Shown: in pieces, positions 62,701 to 64,000 of the stretch
How the letters are laid out: each line of letters opens with the position of its first letter
Position numbering within the stretch: the stretch's first letter is position 1
Source: Tubulanus polymorphus
Lineage: Eukaryota; Animalia; Nemertea
Assembly (NCBI RefSeq): GCF_964204645.1
Contig: NC_134026.1
Location: forward strand, 124,001-188,000
Length of the DNA stretch: 64,000 nt
Reading direction: 5' to 3'
Translations under genes and position numbers: made by a program
Notes under the pieces: model-generated
The model's input: only the letters and a program-made list of their open reading frames with translations
Databases searched by the model: none
Told to the model about the DNA's origin: nothing

Positions 62701-64000
62701 AGGATCTGTTTAACCGCCAATAGGTGGCATTGTCACGTGCAAGAATCACGTGACTGCACGAACTCTATAACGAAGTGTCCAGTGACCTTGGGCAAGTTTC
62801 TTTCCGGTAAAGAATCCTCCAGCGGATTAAACATAATACATATATATATACATGCATATAAACATATATATATATATATATATACATCGGCGAGTGATTC
62901 TGTTGACGAACAGAGAAAGAACTAGAGGAAGTCCAGTAATTAGACGCCTGTGTTGCTAATTTCCATTTCGTGGCCAGAATGGTGAAGCGCAGACGGCTAC
63001 TAATCGGCAATTATTACTAGCTCACACGCATTATTCTGTCATCGGAAATCCACCAACAGCAACTGAGAACTAACGTCTAAAGCCAGTATTCTAAATGAAA
63101 TGCCGCTGGCTCTGTATACATATTATCTAAATCAACTTATTGCAGCTTGCATCACAAAGGACGACGATATTAGTATGTGATATATCGCAATAAACTCACA
63201 GATTTCACCTGACTATTCGAGGTTGTACGCACCAGGAATGACACTGATTTCTCCATCATAGATCACGTGATGCCGATATATTATGTTTACCGTCCAAGCA
63301 TCATCCGCAAACTTAGAAAGTCACATTTGACGGCGGGCCAAATTGGCACGGATCAGGCCACTCACTAGATACTCAATAATGCTTAAACAAATCGTTTCCG
63401 GAACCAGTTGCAATTCACATGCAATAATTTGACCCGTACTAAGATTGGCTCGGGCCTGGTCCGAAGTTTTTGGTTGGGCCAAACAGGCACGAGCCCATTT
63501 GCAACCGTGTGAACAGTTGTTCCGGGCCTAATTGGACGCGAACTAGTGAAGAGCCTCTATATCAAATAGAGAATCCCGCAGTTTAAAAGAAAAAAGTTTG
63601 AAATGTTTCCTTCTAATGTTATAACAACGTTGTAAACGTATATCAATTCATCGCTGATTACTACTATCAGAATCAGTCGGAACGTTGAACTCGAGGAAAC
63701 ATTCGGAATCTTTCCTCATAAGATGGACACCTAATGACTGTGTGTTACTGTGTTTTATTCGATGTGTGAAATGTCTTGAAGAGTATATTGCACTTTTATA
63801 GCAAACACGACATCGGTGCGTACAGATCTCTCGATAGAACGGTTATTATTCAAACCTCGTTAACGAGCACGAATGCTTTTCCTTTTACCATTATATAACA
63901 CAGAGTTGCTAAACGAAAAGAACAGAACTGGCGGAAGCAAAAAACGACGATGTCTACAGAATCAGCAAAACTACACGACGACGTCGTCAAACACTCCGGT

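Overview
This is eukaryotic (animal) nuclear DNA, most likely a marine invertebrate or lophotrochozoan; the species cannot be determined from the sequence. It is AT-rich, gene-poor and has spliceosomal GT-AG introns. Supported genes: (1) the first two coding exons of a minus-strand secreted/membrane Cys-rich protein gene (exon 1 at 15794-15866, a 12-kb intron, exon 2 at 3506-3653, no further exon found in the window); (2) a complete six-exon ABHD11-type alpha/beta-hydrolase gene (23497-26490, 314 aa); (3) a solitary intronless linker-histone gene (41712-42302); (4) two identical tRNA-Glu(TTC) genes (44677-44748 and 52875-52946); (5) between them, an intronless divergent rhodopsin-family GPCR ORF (45454-46548). 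The rest is micro- and minisatellites, MITEs, tRNA-derived SINEs and other TE remnants. The most unusual item is the H1 gene. It combines an oocyte-type (H1.8/B4-like) globular domain, a sperm protamine-like RS/Arg-rich composition, and a variant histone stem-loop followed by both a U7-type downstream element and AATAAA. Next is a dispersed ~77-bp hairpin repeat that carries a CTCF-like motif. Most ORFs in the supplied track are spurious. All family assignments come from recalled motifs, not database searches.
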